Assembly: GCA_037189525.1 (NCBI GenBank)
Contig: JBBCJC010000001.1
Span: forward strand, 544,001 to 608,000
Direction: 5' to 3'
Origin: Gemmatimonadales bacterium
GTDB lineage: Bacteria > Gemmatimonadota > Gemmatimonadetes > Gemmatimonadales > GWC2-71-9
DNA: 64,000 nucleotides
Below, in pieces: positions 9,946 to 18,306 of the stretch (position 1 is the first letter of the stretch; each line of letters begins with the position of its first letter). A model generated the notes under the pieces. That model was not told the DNA's origin, did not search any database, and saw only the letters and a program-made list of their open reading frames with translations. The position numbers were made by a program, and so were the translations under genes.

Positions 9946-11157
9946 ATGAGCGCGCTCCGGTCTGCCGCCGATTTCGCAGCGCTCGAGGATCGATGGAGCG
10001 CGCGAACCCACATTCCGTTCGATGTCGTCATTCATCGCGCGGAGGGTTCGTGGCTCATCGACGTCGAGGGGCGCCGGTACCTCGATTGCCTGGCCGCCCA
10101 TTCGTCGGTCAACTACGGCCATTGCCATCCCGAATTGCTCGCCGCGTTCCACCAACAGGCGGATCGCCTCGTGCTGACGTCGCGGGCCATCCGGAACGAT
10201 CAGCTGCCGGCGTTCTGCGAAGAACTCGCCGCCTACTGCGGCGCCGAGGCCGTCCTGCCGATGAACTCGGGCACGGAGGCGGCGGAAACGGCCATCAAGG
10301 TCGCCCGGCGATGGGGCTATCGGATCAAAGGGATTCCGGAGGGCCGGGCACAGGTCGTGGTCTGCCGGAGCGGATTCCACGGCCGTACCATCACCATGGC
10401 TAGCTTCGCATCGGAGCTCGAGCATCGCGAGGGATTCGGCCCGTTCGTCCCGGGGTTCGTTTCGATTCCGTTCGGCGACATCGACGCCCTCGAGCAGGCA
10501 ATGACGGCGCACACCTGCGCGTTCCTGGTCGAGCCGATCCAGGGCGACGGCGGCGTGGCGGTGCCCCCGGACGGCTATCTGGCGGCCGCGCGCGAACTAT
10601 GCACCAGGCACAACGTCCTCTTTGTGGCCGATGAAGTGATGACGGGTCTGGGCCGGACCGGCCGGCGGTTCGGCTGCGACCACGAGGACGTGCAACCCGA
10701 TGTGCTGATCCTGGGCAAAGCCCTCTCGGGCGGATTCTCGCCCGTCTCGGCGGTGGTCTCGCGCCGCGAGATCCTCGACCTGCTCGAGCCCGGCAGCCAC
10801 GGCAGCACCTACGGGGGCAATCCGCTGGGGGCGGCCGTCGCGCGCGCGGCTCTTCGCGTCCTGGCCAACGAGCGGCTGGCCGAGCGCGCCCGCGACCTGG
10901 GTGCCTGGTTCCTCGCGGAACTGCGGCAACTCTCCCACCCACGCATCGTCGAGGCCCGAGGGAGAGGCCTGCTGTTGGGATTGGAGCTCGACGTACCGGC
11001 GCGCCCCTACTGCGAGGCGCTGCAACGTCTGGGCGTGCTCTGCAGGGAGACCCACCGGTCCGTGATCCGGATCACGCCCCCGCTGGTGGTGACCCTGGAG
11101 GAACTGCGCTGGGCAGTGGCCCGATTCCGCGCCGTCTTCGACGGTCCCGCGCCGTAA
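9946..11157 (+). CDS. Class III aminotransferase, ornithine aminotransferase (RocD)-like with altered active site
   Basis: GHCHP, MNSGTEAAETAIK, FHGRT, EPIQG, LGKALSGG, HGSTYGGNPL. Confidence 0.85.
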   Translation: MSALRSAADFAALEDRWSARTHIPFDVVIHRAEGSWLIDVEGRRYLDCLAAHSSVNYGHCHPELLAAFHQQADRLVLTSRAIRNDQLPAFCEELAAYCGAEAVLPMNSGTEAAETAIKVARRWGYRIKGIPEGRAQVVVCRSGFHGRTITMASFASELEHREGFGPFVPGFVSIPFGDIDALEQAMTAHTCAFLVEPIQGDGGVAVPPDGYLAAARELCTRHNVLFVADEVMTGLGRTGRRFGCDHEDVQPDVLILGKALSGGFSPVSAVVSRREILDLLEPGSHGSTYGGNPLGAAVARAALRVLANERLAERARDLGAWFLAELRQLSHPRIVEARGRGLLLGLELDVPARPYCEALQRLGVLCRETHRSVIRITPPLVVTLEELRWAVARFRAVFDGPAP

Positions 11158-11166
11158 ACGATCCGG

Positions 11167-11219
11167 TTGACGCACCCGCGGGCGCGTCTATACTTTGAAA
11201 GTTAATTGTCCATACATTT
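11167..11219 (+). promoter_or_regulatory. Sigma70-like promoter followed by GntR operator
   Basis: TTGACG (11167) - 16 nt - TATACT (11189), then TAATTGTCCATACATTT (11203-11219). Confidence 0.7.
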
Positions 11220-11289
11220 CAAGTTCTCGACAACCAAGCCGATGCGCGCGGGGATGGAACCGTCCCCCTCACGGCCGGAGATCCCCGCC

Positions 11290-12510
11290 ATGTCCCTTCC
11301 ATCTCTCGCTCGGCGCGCACCAGCCCGACCGCTCGGTGCCGCGCCCACGCGCCCGGACAATATCGCGTTCGATTCCGGCCACGCCTTTCCCGGCGTGCTC
11401 CCTGATCTGACGGCGGAAGCCACGCGCGCACTGACCGAGTTCCGCAGCGAGACGCTCCAGTACGCGCCGCGTCCCGGACTCACCCCGCTCCGCGAGTGGA
11501 TCGCCAAGTATCTGAGGGCAGACGGGACCAAGGTAGCGCCAGGTGATATCCTCGTCACCAACGGGGCCAAGCATGCCATCGAGCTGATCTGCAAGCTGCT
11601 CCTCGACGAAGGCGATACGATCGTCGTCACCGTGCCCACCTACTTCACGGCGATCCCGATCTTCCGCAGCTTCGGCGTGCGTTTCCTCGAGGTCGCGCAG
11701 GATGCGGATGGTTTGGATGTCGAGCAACTCGAGGCCCTGATCGCGGAACGCGAGCGGAAGGGTGAGCGGCTGCCCAAGTTCATCTACAACGTGCCCGACT
11801 TCCACAACCCCACCGGGGTGACGATGTCCCTGCCGCGCCGGCAGGCACTGGTCGAGCTGGCAGCCCGGAAGGGGATCTACATCCTCGAAGACAGCCCCTA
11901 TCGCAAGGTCCGCTTCGAGGGCGCCGACGTACCGTCGGTCAAGGCGCTCGATCCGGGCGGCCTGGTGTTCCAGTGCGGCACCTTTTCGAAGCTGATGGCG
12001 CCGGGGCTCCGGGTGGGGTGGGTCGCCACCACGCCCGACATGGTGGGCCGGCTGATTCAGCTCAAGGCGGACGGCGGTTCCTGCCCGCTCACCCAGCGCA
12101 TCATCTTCGAGTTCTGCCGGAGCGGCCGGCTCGAGGCGCACACGAGCCGAATCCAGGAGACCTATCGGCGCAATCGGGATCATATGGTCGCGGCACTGCG
12201 GCGAGATCTTCCCGCTGCCACGTTCGCCGTGCCCGAAGGCGGGTACTATATCTGGGTGACACTTCCTGAAGATGTCGACGGCGACGAGGTCACGACGCGC
12301 GCGGCGGCCGGCGGCGCCACCGTGATTCCGGGCAGCAAGTTCCTCGCGCTGCCGGAGGCGGGACATCCGCGCAATACCGTGCGGGTCGCGTTCAGCCACG
12401 CCACGCCCGAGGAGATCGACGAAGGCATCCGCCGGCTGGCCGCGGCGTTCGATGCGGTGGTGTCGGGCGCACCGGCCTTAGCGACGCCGACGGGATCGCA
12501 GACCCGATGA
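11290..12510 (+). CDS. PLP-dependent class I aminotransferase (LysN/MocR-like)
   Basis: PDFHNPTG, EDSPY, GTFSKLMAPGLRVGW; ATG 11290 after GGAG. Confidence 0.9.
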   Translation: MSLPSLARRAPARPLGAAPTRPDNIAFDSGHAFPGVLPDLTAEATRALTEFRSETLQYAPRPGLTPLREWIAKYLRADGTKVAPGDILVTNGAKHAIELICKLLLDEGDTIVVTVPTYFTAIPIFRSFGVRFLEVAQDADGLDVEQLEALIAERERKGERLPKFIYNVPDFHNPTGVTMSLPRRQALVELAARKGIYILEDSPYRKVRFEGADVPSVKALDPGGLVFQCGTFSKLMAPGLRVGWVATTPDMVGRLIQLKADGGSCPLTQRIIFEFCRSGRLEAHTSRIQETYRRNRDHMVAALRRDLPAATFAVPEGGYYIWVTLPEDVDGDEVTTRAAAGGATVIPGSKFLALPEAGHPRNTVRVAFSHATPEEIDEGIRRLAAAFDAVVSGAPALATPTGSQTR

Positions 12511-13496
12511 AGCAACCGATCCGGATCAGGGATATCGAGGCCGAGAGCGGCACTGTCGCGCGCGGGTTCCTCACTATCGGGGAAACGCCGTCGGGTCCGC
12601 TGCAGATTCCGCTCGTCATCATCAACGGCGCCGCCGACGGCCCGGTCCTCTGCCTGACCGCCGGCGTCCACGCCACCGAATACGCACCAATCGATGCTGT
12701 ACTGCGCACCGTGCAGACGCTCGACCCGGCGACGCTCCGCGGCGCCGTGCTGGCGGTACCGGTAGCCAATATGCGGATGTTCGAGAGCCGACACGGGTTC
12801 GTCTCGCCTCTCGACGGACTCAATTTGAACAAGGTGGCGTCCGGGCGACCGGATGGCTCGATCTCCGAGATCCTCGCCCAGGTGCTGCTGGACGAGGTGA
12901 TCGGAGCGGCGCAATACCACATCGATCTCCACGCAGGCGACTTGGGTGAGATGCTGCTTCCGTTCGCGGGCTACGCGAACACCGGGAAGCCCGAGCTCGA
13001 CCGCGTGGGGGAGATGCTGGCTCGACTCTATGCGCCGGAGTTGATTTCCATCGCCACCGGTAACGGTCAGGTCCCGCCCTTCCCGGACGGGATCGTCTAC
13101 GCGGCGTCTCGGCGTGGCGTGGTATCCCTCTTCGCGGAGTCGGGAGGGAACGGTACCCTCGAAGAGGCCGACGTCCGGGTCCATCTGGACGGGATCGACA
13201 ACGTCATGAAGCAGCTCGGGATGCTCGACGGCCAGCCCACGGCTCCCGGCCCCCGCATCGCGGGCACGGGGCGGGTCATCGTGCGTGCCAAGCGCGCTGG
13301 CCTGCTTCGGCTCAAGGTCGCGATCGGTGACCGCGTTTCGCCCGGGCACGAAGTGGCGGAGATCTGTAACGTTTTCGGCGACGTGGTCGAGCGGGTCACC
13401 ACTCCAGGTACCGGTGTGGCCGGGCTGGTGTGGGCGCACAAGGTCGTGAACACCGGCGACCCGATCATGCGATACTGGACCACGGAACCAGCCTGA
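12507..13496 (+). CDS. Succinylglutamate desuccinylase/aspartoacylase-family (M14) deacylase
   Basis: AGVHATE, NLNK, IDLHAG, ESGG, C-terminal biotinyl-like domain; ATGA overlap with upstream gene. Confidence 0.88.
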   Translation: MKQPIRIRDIEAESGTVARGFLTIGETPSGPLQIPLVIINGAADGPVLCLTAGVHATEYAPIDAVLRTVQTLDPATLRGAVLAVPVANMRMFESRHGFVSPLDGLNLNKVASGRPDGSISEILAQVLLDEVIGAAQYHIDLHAGDLGEMLLPFAGYANTGKPELDRVGEMLARLYAPELISIATGNGQVPPFPDGIVYAASRRGVVSLFAESGGNGTLEEADVRVHLDGIDNVMKQLGMLDGQPTAPGPRIAGTGRVIVRAKRAGLLRLKVAIGDRVSPGHEVAEICNVFGDVVERVTTPGTGVAGLVWAHKVVNTGDPIMRYWTTEPA

Positions 13497-13511
13497 CGAG
13501 GCGGATGCGCG

Positions 13512-14849
13512 ATGGTCGACCTGGCGCACGATACCATTACGGCCTACTTGGGCGCCCGCGCCGACACGCGGGAGCGCCTGAATGCGTGGCTGGCGGACGA
13601 TCCTTCGTCGGTGTTGGGCCACTGCCTCGACGGCTATCTCCACATGACGGCGAGCCGGCAGGAGTCGGTCGCCAAGGCGCGGCATGCGGTGGCCAATGCC
13701 CGAACGGCCGGCGCGCGCACCCAGCGAAACCGGACTGATCTGCGACACATCGCCGCGCTGGAGGCCTGGTCCGACGGCGACATGCACGCTGCCGCCGCCG
13801 CGTGGACTGCAATCCTTCGAGAAGATCCGCGCGACATCGTCGCCATTCGGGTCTCCCAGTTCGTGCTGTCGTATCTCGGTGAGACCGCTCGGATGGGAGA
13901 GACGATCGAACAGGTGCTGCCCCACTGGGACGAATCGGCGCCGGAGTACGGCTTTCTGCTCGGCTGCCACGCCTACGCCCTCGAAGAAAACGGCGACTAC
14001 ACTCGCGCCGAGGAACAGGGACGCCGGGCAGTGGCGCTCAACCCGGGAGACATCTGGGCTGCGCACGCCGTGGCGCACGTCCGCGAGATGCAGTGCCGGC
14101 TCCGTGACGGGGTCGAGTGGATCACGTCGCTGGCCGATCGGTGGCGGGAATGCAGCAACTTTGCGATGCACCTCCGCTGGCACGAAGCGCTCTACGAACT
14201 CGAGCTCGAACGGTATCCCCGGGTGCTCGAGCTGTACGATCGCGAGGTCTGGCCCCATCCCAGCGACGAATACCTCGACCTGACCAACTCCGCCTCGCTC
14301 CTCTGGCGGCTGGAGCAAGCGGGCATCGAGGTGGGCTCGCGATGGCGCGAGTTGGCGACCTCGACCCAAAAGCGGGTCGGCGATCATACTCTCGTTTTTG
14401 CCGATGTGCACTATGCGATGACGCTTGCGGCCGCGAAAGACGACGCGGCGCTCGACGCGCTGCTCGAATCGAGCGCCCGCTTTGCCGCGACCGGCACCGG
14501 GACCGAGGCGTCGGTGATGCAGCTAGTGGGGCTTCCGCTGATGCAGGCCGTCGTGGCCCATCGCCGGCAAGCGTTCGGGCAGGTGGTCGACCTGCTGCTG
14601 CCGGTACGACACGAGATCCGATTGATCGGCGGCAGCCACGCACAGCGCGATGTCTTTGCGCAGTTGCTGATCGACGCCGCCTGGCGCGCCGGCCGTCATG
14701 AGGTTGCCGGGATGTTGCTCCACGAGCGGATCACACGCCGTCCGGACAACCGGTGGGGATGGAAACATTACGGGCTGGTGCTGGAAGCCACCGGCGCGCC
14801 CGAACGCGCCGCCGCCCGCGCCGAGTGGGACCGACTTCGCATGCTTTGA
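13512..14849 (+). CDS. TTC38-like tetratricopeptide repeat protein
   Basis: WAAHAVAHV, HLRWH, ASLLWRL, FADVH, GGSHAQRD motifs as recalled for the TTC38 family. Confidence 0.8.
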   Translation: MVDLAHDTITAYLGARADTRERLNAWLADDPSSVLGHCLDGYLHMTASRQESVAKARHAVANARTAGARTQRNRTDLRHIAALEAWSDGDMHAAAAAWTAILREDPRDIVAIRVSQFVLSYLGETARMGETIEQVLPHWDESAPEYGFLLGCHAYALEENGDYTRAEEQGRRAVALNPGDIWAAHAVAHVREMQCRLRDGVEWITSLADRWRECSNFAMHLRWHEALYELELERYPRVLELYDREVWPHPSDEYLDLTNSASLLWRLEQAGIEVGSRWRELATSTQKRVGDHTLVFADVHYAMTLAAAKDDAALDALLESSARFAATGTGTEASVMQLVGLPLMQAVVAHRRQAFGQVVDLLLPVRHEIRLIGGSHAQRDVFAQLLIDAAWRAGRHEVAGMLLHERITRRPDNRWGWKHYGLVLEATGAPERAAARAEWDRLRML

Positions 14850-14856
14850 GGCATCC

Positions 14857-16071
14857 ATGAATCCGCCACCGAGCGGTCAGCACCCTCTCCACCCGGACAC
14901 GCTGCTCATCCATACGGGCGGTCATCCCCGCGATCGGCACGGCGCGGTGAATCCGCCCGTCTATCGCGCGTCGACAATCGTGTTTCCGACCGTCGCCGCG
15001 TGGGAAGCCTCGCGCGACCCGGCCGTGCGCTTCGATCTGGTCCGCTACGGCCAGCTCGGCACGCCGACGACCTTCGCGCTGGAAGAAGCCCTCGCGACGC
15101 TCGAAGGCGGCTATCGCACCATCCTGGTTCCGTCGGGACTCGCCGCCTGTACGACGGCGCTCCAGGCGCTGCTGCAGACCGGGGATCATCTCCTGATGGT
15201 CGACACGGCCTATGCGCCCACCCGCCACTTCTGCGACGCCGTCCTGCCCCGCTCTGGTGTCAGCACCACGTACTACGATCCGCTGATCGGCGGGCGAATC
15301 CACGAGCTGTTCCAACCCAACACGCGCGTCGTGTTCCTGGAATCGCCGGGCTCGCTCACGTTCGAGGTGCAGGACGTACCCGCGATTGCCGAGGCTGCGC
15401 ATCGGGCCGGCATCACGGTGGTGATGGACAATACCTGGGCAACGCCGTACTTCTTTCCCGCGATGGCGCGCGGTGTGGATGTCTCGGTCCAGGCGGTAAC
15501 CAAGTATCCCGCCGGCCACGCCGACGTGATGATGGGCTCGATCACCACGACGGAAGCGCTCTACCTTCCGATTCGTTCGCTCGTCGCGGAGCAAGGCAAC
15601 TCGGTGAGCCCCGACGATGCCTACCTCGCGCTCCGCGGGCTTCGAACGATGGCGGTTCGGTTGGAGCGGCATCAGCAGAGCGCACTCCGGGTGGCCGAGT
15701 GGCTCCAGGGGCGACCTGAAGTGGCGCGAGTCCTCTACCCTGCGCTTCCGTCCGATCCGGGCCATGCACTCTGGACCCGTGACTTTACCGGTGCGACGGG
15801 ATTGCTGGGGGTCGTGCTGCATCCCGTCCCCAAACGTGCCGTCGACGCCATGCTGGATGGGTTGCGATGGTTCGGGATGGGCGCGAGCTGGGGCGGATAC
15901 GAAAGCCTGGTGTTGCCCTTCCAGCCCGAGAAGTTTCGCAGCGCCACGCGATGGGACGATCCGGGTCCGTTGCTTCGGCTCCACATCGGCCTCGAACATC
16001 CCGAGGACCTGATTGCGGACCTTGCGGAGGGACTCGACCGTCTCGCCACGGTAGCCTCGGCGACCGGGTGA
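14857..16071 (+). CDS. metC: Cystathionine beta-lyase
   Basis: VNPPVYRAST, YGQLGTPT, ESPGSLTFEVQD, DNTWATP, TKYPAGH, SWGGYESL. Confidence 0.92.
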   Translation: MNPPPSGQHPLHPDTLLIHTGGHPRDRHGAVNPPVYRASTIVFPTVAAWEASRDPAVRFDLVRYGQLGTPTTFALEEALATLEGGYRTILVPSGLAACTTALQALLQTGDHLLMVDTAYAPTRHFCDAVLPRSGVSTTYYDPLIGGRIHELFQPNTRVVFLESPGSLTFEVQDVPAIAEAAHRAGITVVMDNTWATPYFFPAMARGVDVSVQAVTKYPAGHADVMMGSITTTEALYLPIRSLVAEQGNSVSPDDAYLALRGLRTMAVRLERHQQSALRVAEWLQGRPEVARVLYPALPSDPGHALWTRDFTGATGLLGVVLHPVPKRAVDAMLDGLRWFGMGASWGGYESLVLPFQPEKFRSATRWDDPGPLLRLHIGLEHPEDLIADLAEGLDRLATVASATG

Positions 16072-16105
16072 GCGGCGGCTCCGCCGCTCACTCTCGCGAG
16101 ACCTC

Positions 16106-17413
16106 ATGACTGCGCCGTCATCCGACCTGATCCGCTCCATCGGTCGCTGGAGCCTCACCGCGCTCGTCATCAACAACATGATCGGGACCGGGGTGTTCAT
16201 CCTCCCGGGCACCGTCGGGGCGCAGCTGGGCTGGATGAGCCCGATCGCCTGGGCGCTCGCCGCGCTCTGTACGGTTGTGATGATCCTGTGTTTCGCGGAG
16301 GTCGCGTCGCGGTTCACGACGGCGGGCGGCGCCTATCTCTATACCCAGGCAGCCTTCGGCCGGTATTTCGGACTCCAGATCGGGTGGATCACCTATTTCG
16401 CGCGCGCGGTCACCGCTGCTCTGCAGGCCAATCTCTTCACGACCTATCTGGCGGAACTCTGGCCCTGGGCCGGCACCAGAACGGGCAGCGTGTCCATCAC
16501 CACGCTGTTCATCGGATTCCTGACTGTCGTCAACCTGGGCAGCGTGCGCGCCGGGACGCGGACGAGCAATGCGCTCGCCGTCATCAAGCTGGCGCCGCTC
16601 CTGGTGCTGGGTGTGATGGGCCTGGTCTGGCTCGGACACGGAAGCACAGAACCGGCGATCCTCGCGACCGACCCGACGCTCGGTGGCTGGCTCGGCAGCC
16701 TGCTGCTTCTGATGTTTGCCTTCGGAGGCTATGAATCGGCGCTGATCCCGTTGGGAGAGGCGACCAACCCGCGGCGGGATGCCCCGTTCGCCCTCTTCCT
16801 CGGACTGGGGATCGTCACGCTGATCTATATCGCGACCCAGATAGCCGTGCTCGCTGCGCTGCCCGATCCGGGAACGACCAACCGCCCGATTGCCGCGGCC
16901 GTGCGGGCCATGATCGGCGACTCGGGCGCGATCGTGATCACGGTCACCGCTCTGGTATCCGTCTATGGTTGGCTGGCCGCCAATCTGCTGGCGGCTCCGC
17001 GGCTCTCCATGGCCATGGCTGCACAGGGCGACCTGCCCGCGTACTTCGGGCGTATCCATCCCAAATATCGCACGCCCTGGGTCTCGATCCTCATCTTCAG
17101 CACGTTGTCGTGGATCATGGCCACGCAGTCCGACCTGATGCAGAACCTCGGTCTCTCCGCCATCTCTCGCCTCTTCACCTATGGCGGCGTCTGCGCCGCG
17201 CTCCCCGTACTCCGCTGGAAAGAGCGACAGGGCCTCGCCGAAGCCGGTGTCGCGCATTTTCGGGCGCCGGCCGGCATTGCAGTCGCCGTGTTCGGAGTGG
17301 GGCTCTCGGTCATTCTGGCCACCCGGATGAGCCTGCGCGAGGTCGTGATCATGGCCGTCGTGCTGGTCGCGGCAACCGCTTACTGGGCAGCGACGGGCAG
17401 GCGCCGGGCCTGA
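16106..17413 (+). CDS. APC-family amino acid permease
   Basis: IGTGVF, GGAYLY, FAFGGYE, PKYRTP; about 12 hydrophobic segments. Confidence 0.92.
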   Translation: MTAPSSDLIRSIGRWSLTALVINNMIGTGVFILPGTVGAQLGWMSPIAWALAALCTVVMILCFAEVASRFTTAGGAYLYTQAAFGRYFGLQIGWITYFARAVTAALQANLFTTYLAELWPWAGTRTGSVSITTLFIGFLTVVNLGSVRAGTRTSNALAVIKLAPLLVLGVMGLVWLGHGSTEPAILATDPTLGGWLGSLLLLMFAFGGYESALIPLGEATNPRRDAPFALFLGLGIVTLIYIATQIAVLAALPDPGTTNRPIAAAVRAMIGDSGAIVITVTALVSVYGWLAANLLAAPRLSMAMAAQGDLPAYFGRIHPKYRTPWVSILIFSTLSWIMATQSDLMQNLGLSAISRLFTYGGVCAALPVLRWKERQGLAEAGVAHFRAPAGIAVAVFGVGLSVILATRMSLREVVIMAVVLVAATAYWAATGRRRA

Positions 17414-17505
17414 CGGGAATCCTCAACCGAATAGTAGGATTGCAGCCCCTCCGTTGTTGTTAAGGCAGAGACTCGCTCTTCACCTGCAATCCAAGGACCG
17501 GCCCC

Positions 17506-18261
17506 ATGGACGACCGTATCGATAAGCTCGAACGAGACCTGCGGCTTTTCAAACGCTATGGCATCGGGATGACGCTCGCCTTCGGCGCCCTGCTGCTCGT
17601 TGCATTCCGGCAACCGGGACGGACCAAGTTCACGGAAATCGACGTCGAACGCGTCAACATCGTCGAAGCCGATGGCAGACTCCGGCTCGCCATCTCGAAT
17701 TCGACCCGCGCGTCTCCCATCATGTTCTACGGTAAAGAGTATCCCGGGCTCCGAGGCGGACACGGCATCGGCGGCGCGGGGATGATCTACTTCAATGATG
17801 AGGGCACCGAAAACGGGGGCTTCATGTGGCAGGGGCGGCGGAACCCCGATGGCACCTACCTCGCCAGCGGCCTGCTGACCTTCGATCAATACAATCAGGG
17901 CGAAGCGCTCGCGCTTTCCTACGGCGACAACAACGGCCAGCGCCGCGCCGGGCTGTCCATCCTGGATCAGCCAGAAGGATCGGTCCAGCCGCACCTCGAT
18001 TCACTCATCGCGATCGATCAGATTCCCGACAGCGCCGAGCGGACCAAGCGAAGAGCCGCCTACAGCCGGATCCTCAGCGCGACCGGCGCCTACACCCAGC
18101 GACTCTATGTCGGCAAAGATGCCACCAAGTCGTCGCTCCTGACCCTCGCCGACCCGCAGGGCCGGACCCGGCTGCGCCTGTCGGTCGATTCGCTCGGCAT
18201 GGCACGCCTGGAGTTCCTGGACGAGAAAGGCAATGTCAGCCGGCAGCTCCTGGGCCAGTGA
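17506..18261 (+). CDS. Hypothetical membrane-anchored protein
   Basis: AAGGA RBS, N-terminal TM segment, beta-rich body; coding-like composition. Confidence 0.75.
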   Translation: MDDRIDKLERDLRLFKRYGIGMTLAFGALLLVAFRQPGRTKFTEIDVERVNIVEADGRLRLAISNSTRASPIMFYGKEYPGLRGGHGIGGAGMIYFNDEGTENGGFMWQGRRNPDGTYLASGLLTFDQYNQGEALALSYGDNNGQRRAGLSILDQPEGSVQPHLDSLIAIDQIPDSAERTKRRAAYSRILSATGAYTQRLYVGKDATKSSLLTLADPQGRTRLRLSVDSLGMARLEFLDEKGNVSRQLLGQ

Positions 18262-18306
18262 GATCCAAGGCGTCGTCGCCGGAATATCAGCGGCTCTGAC
18301 CGAAGC

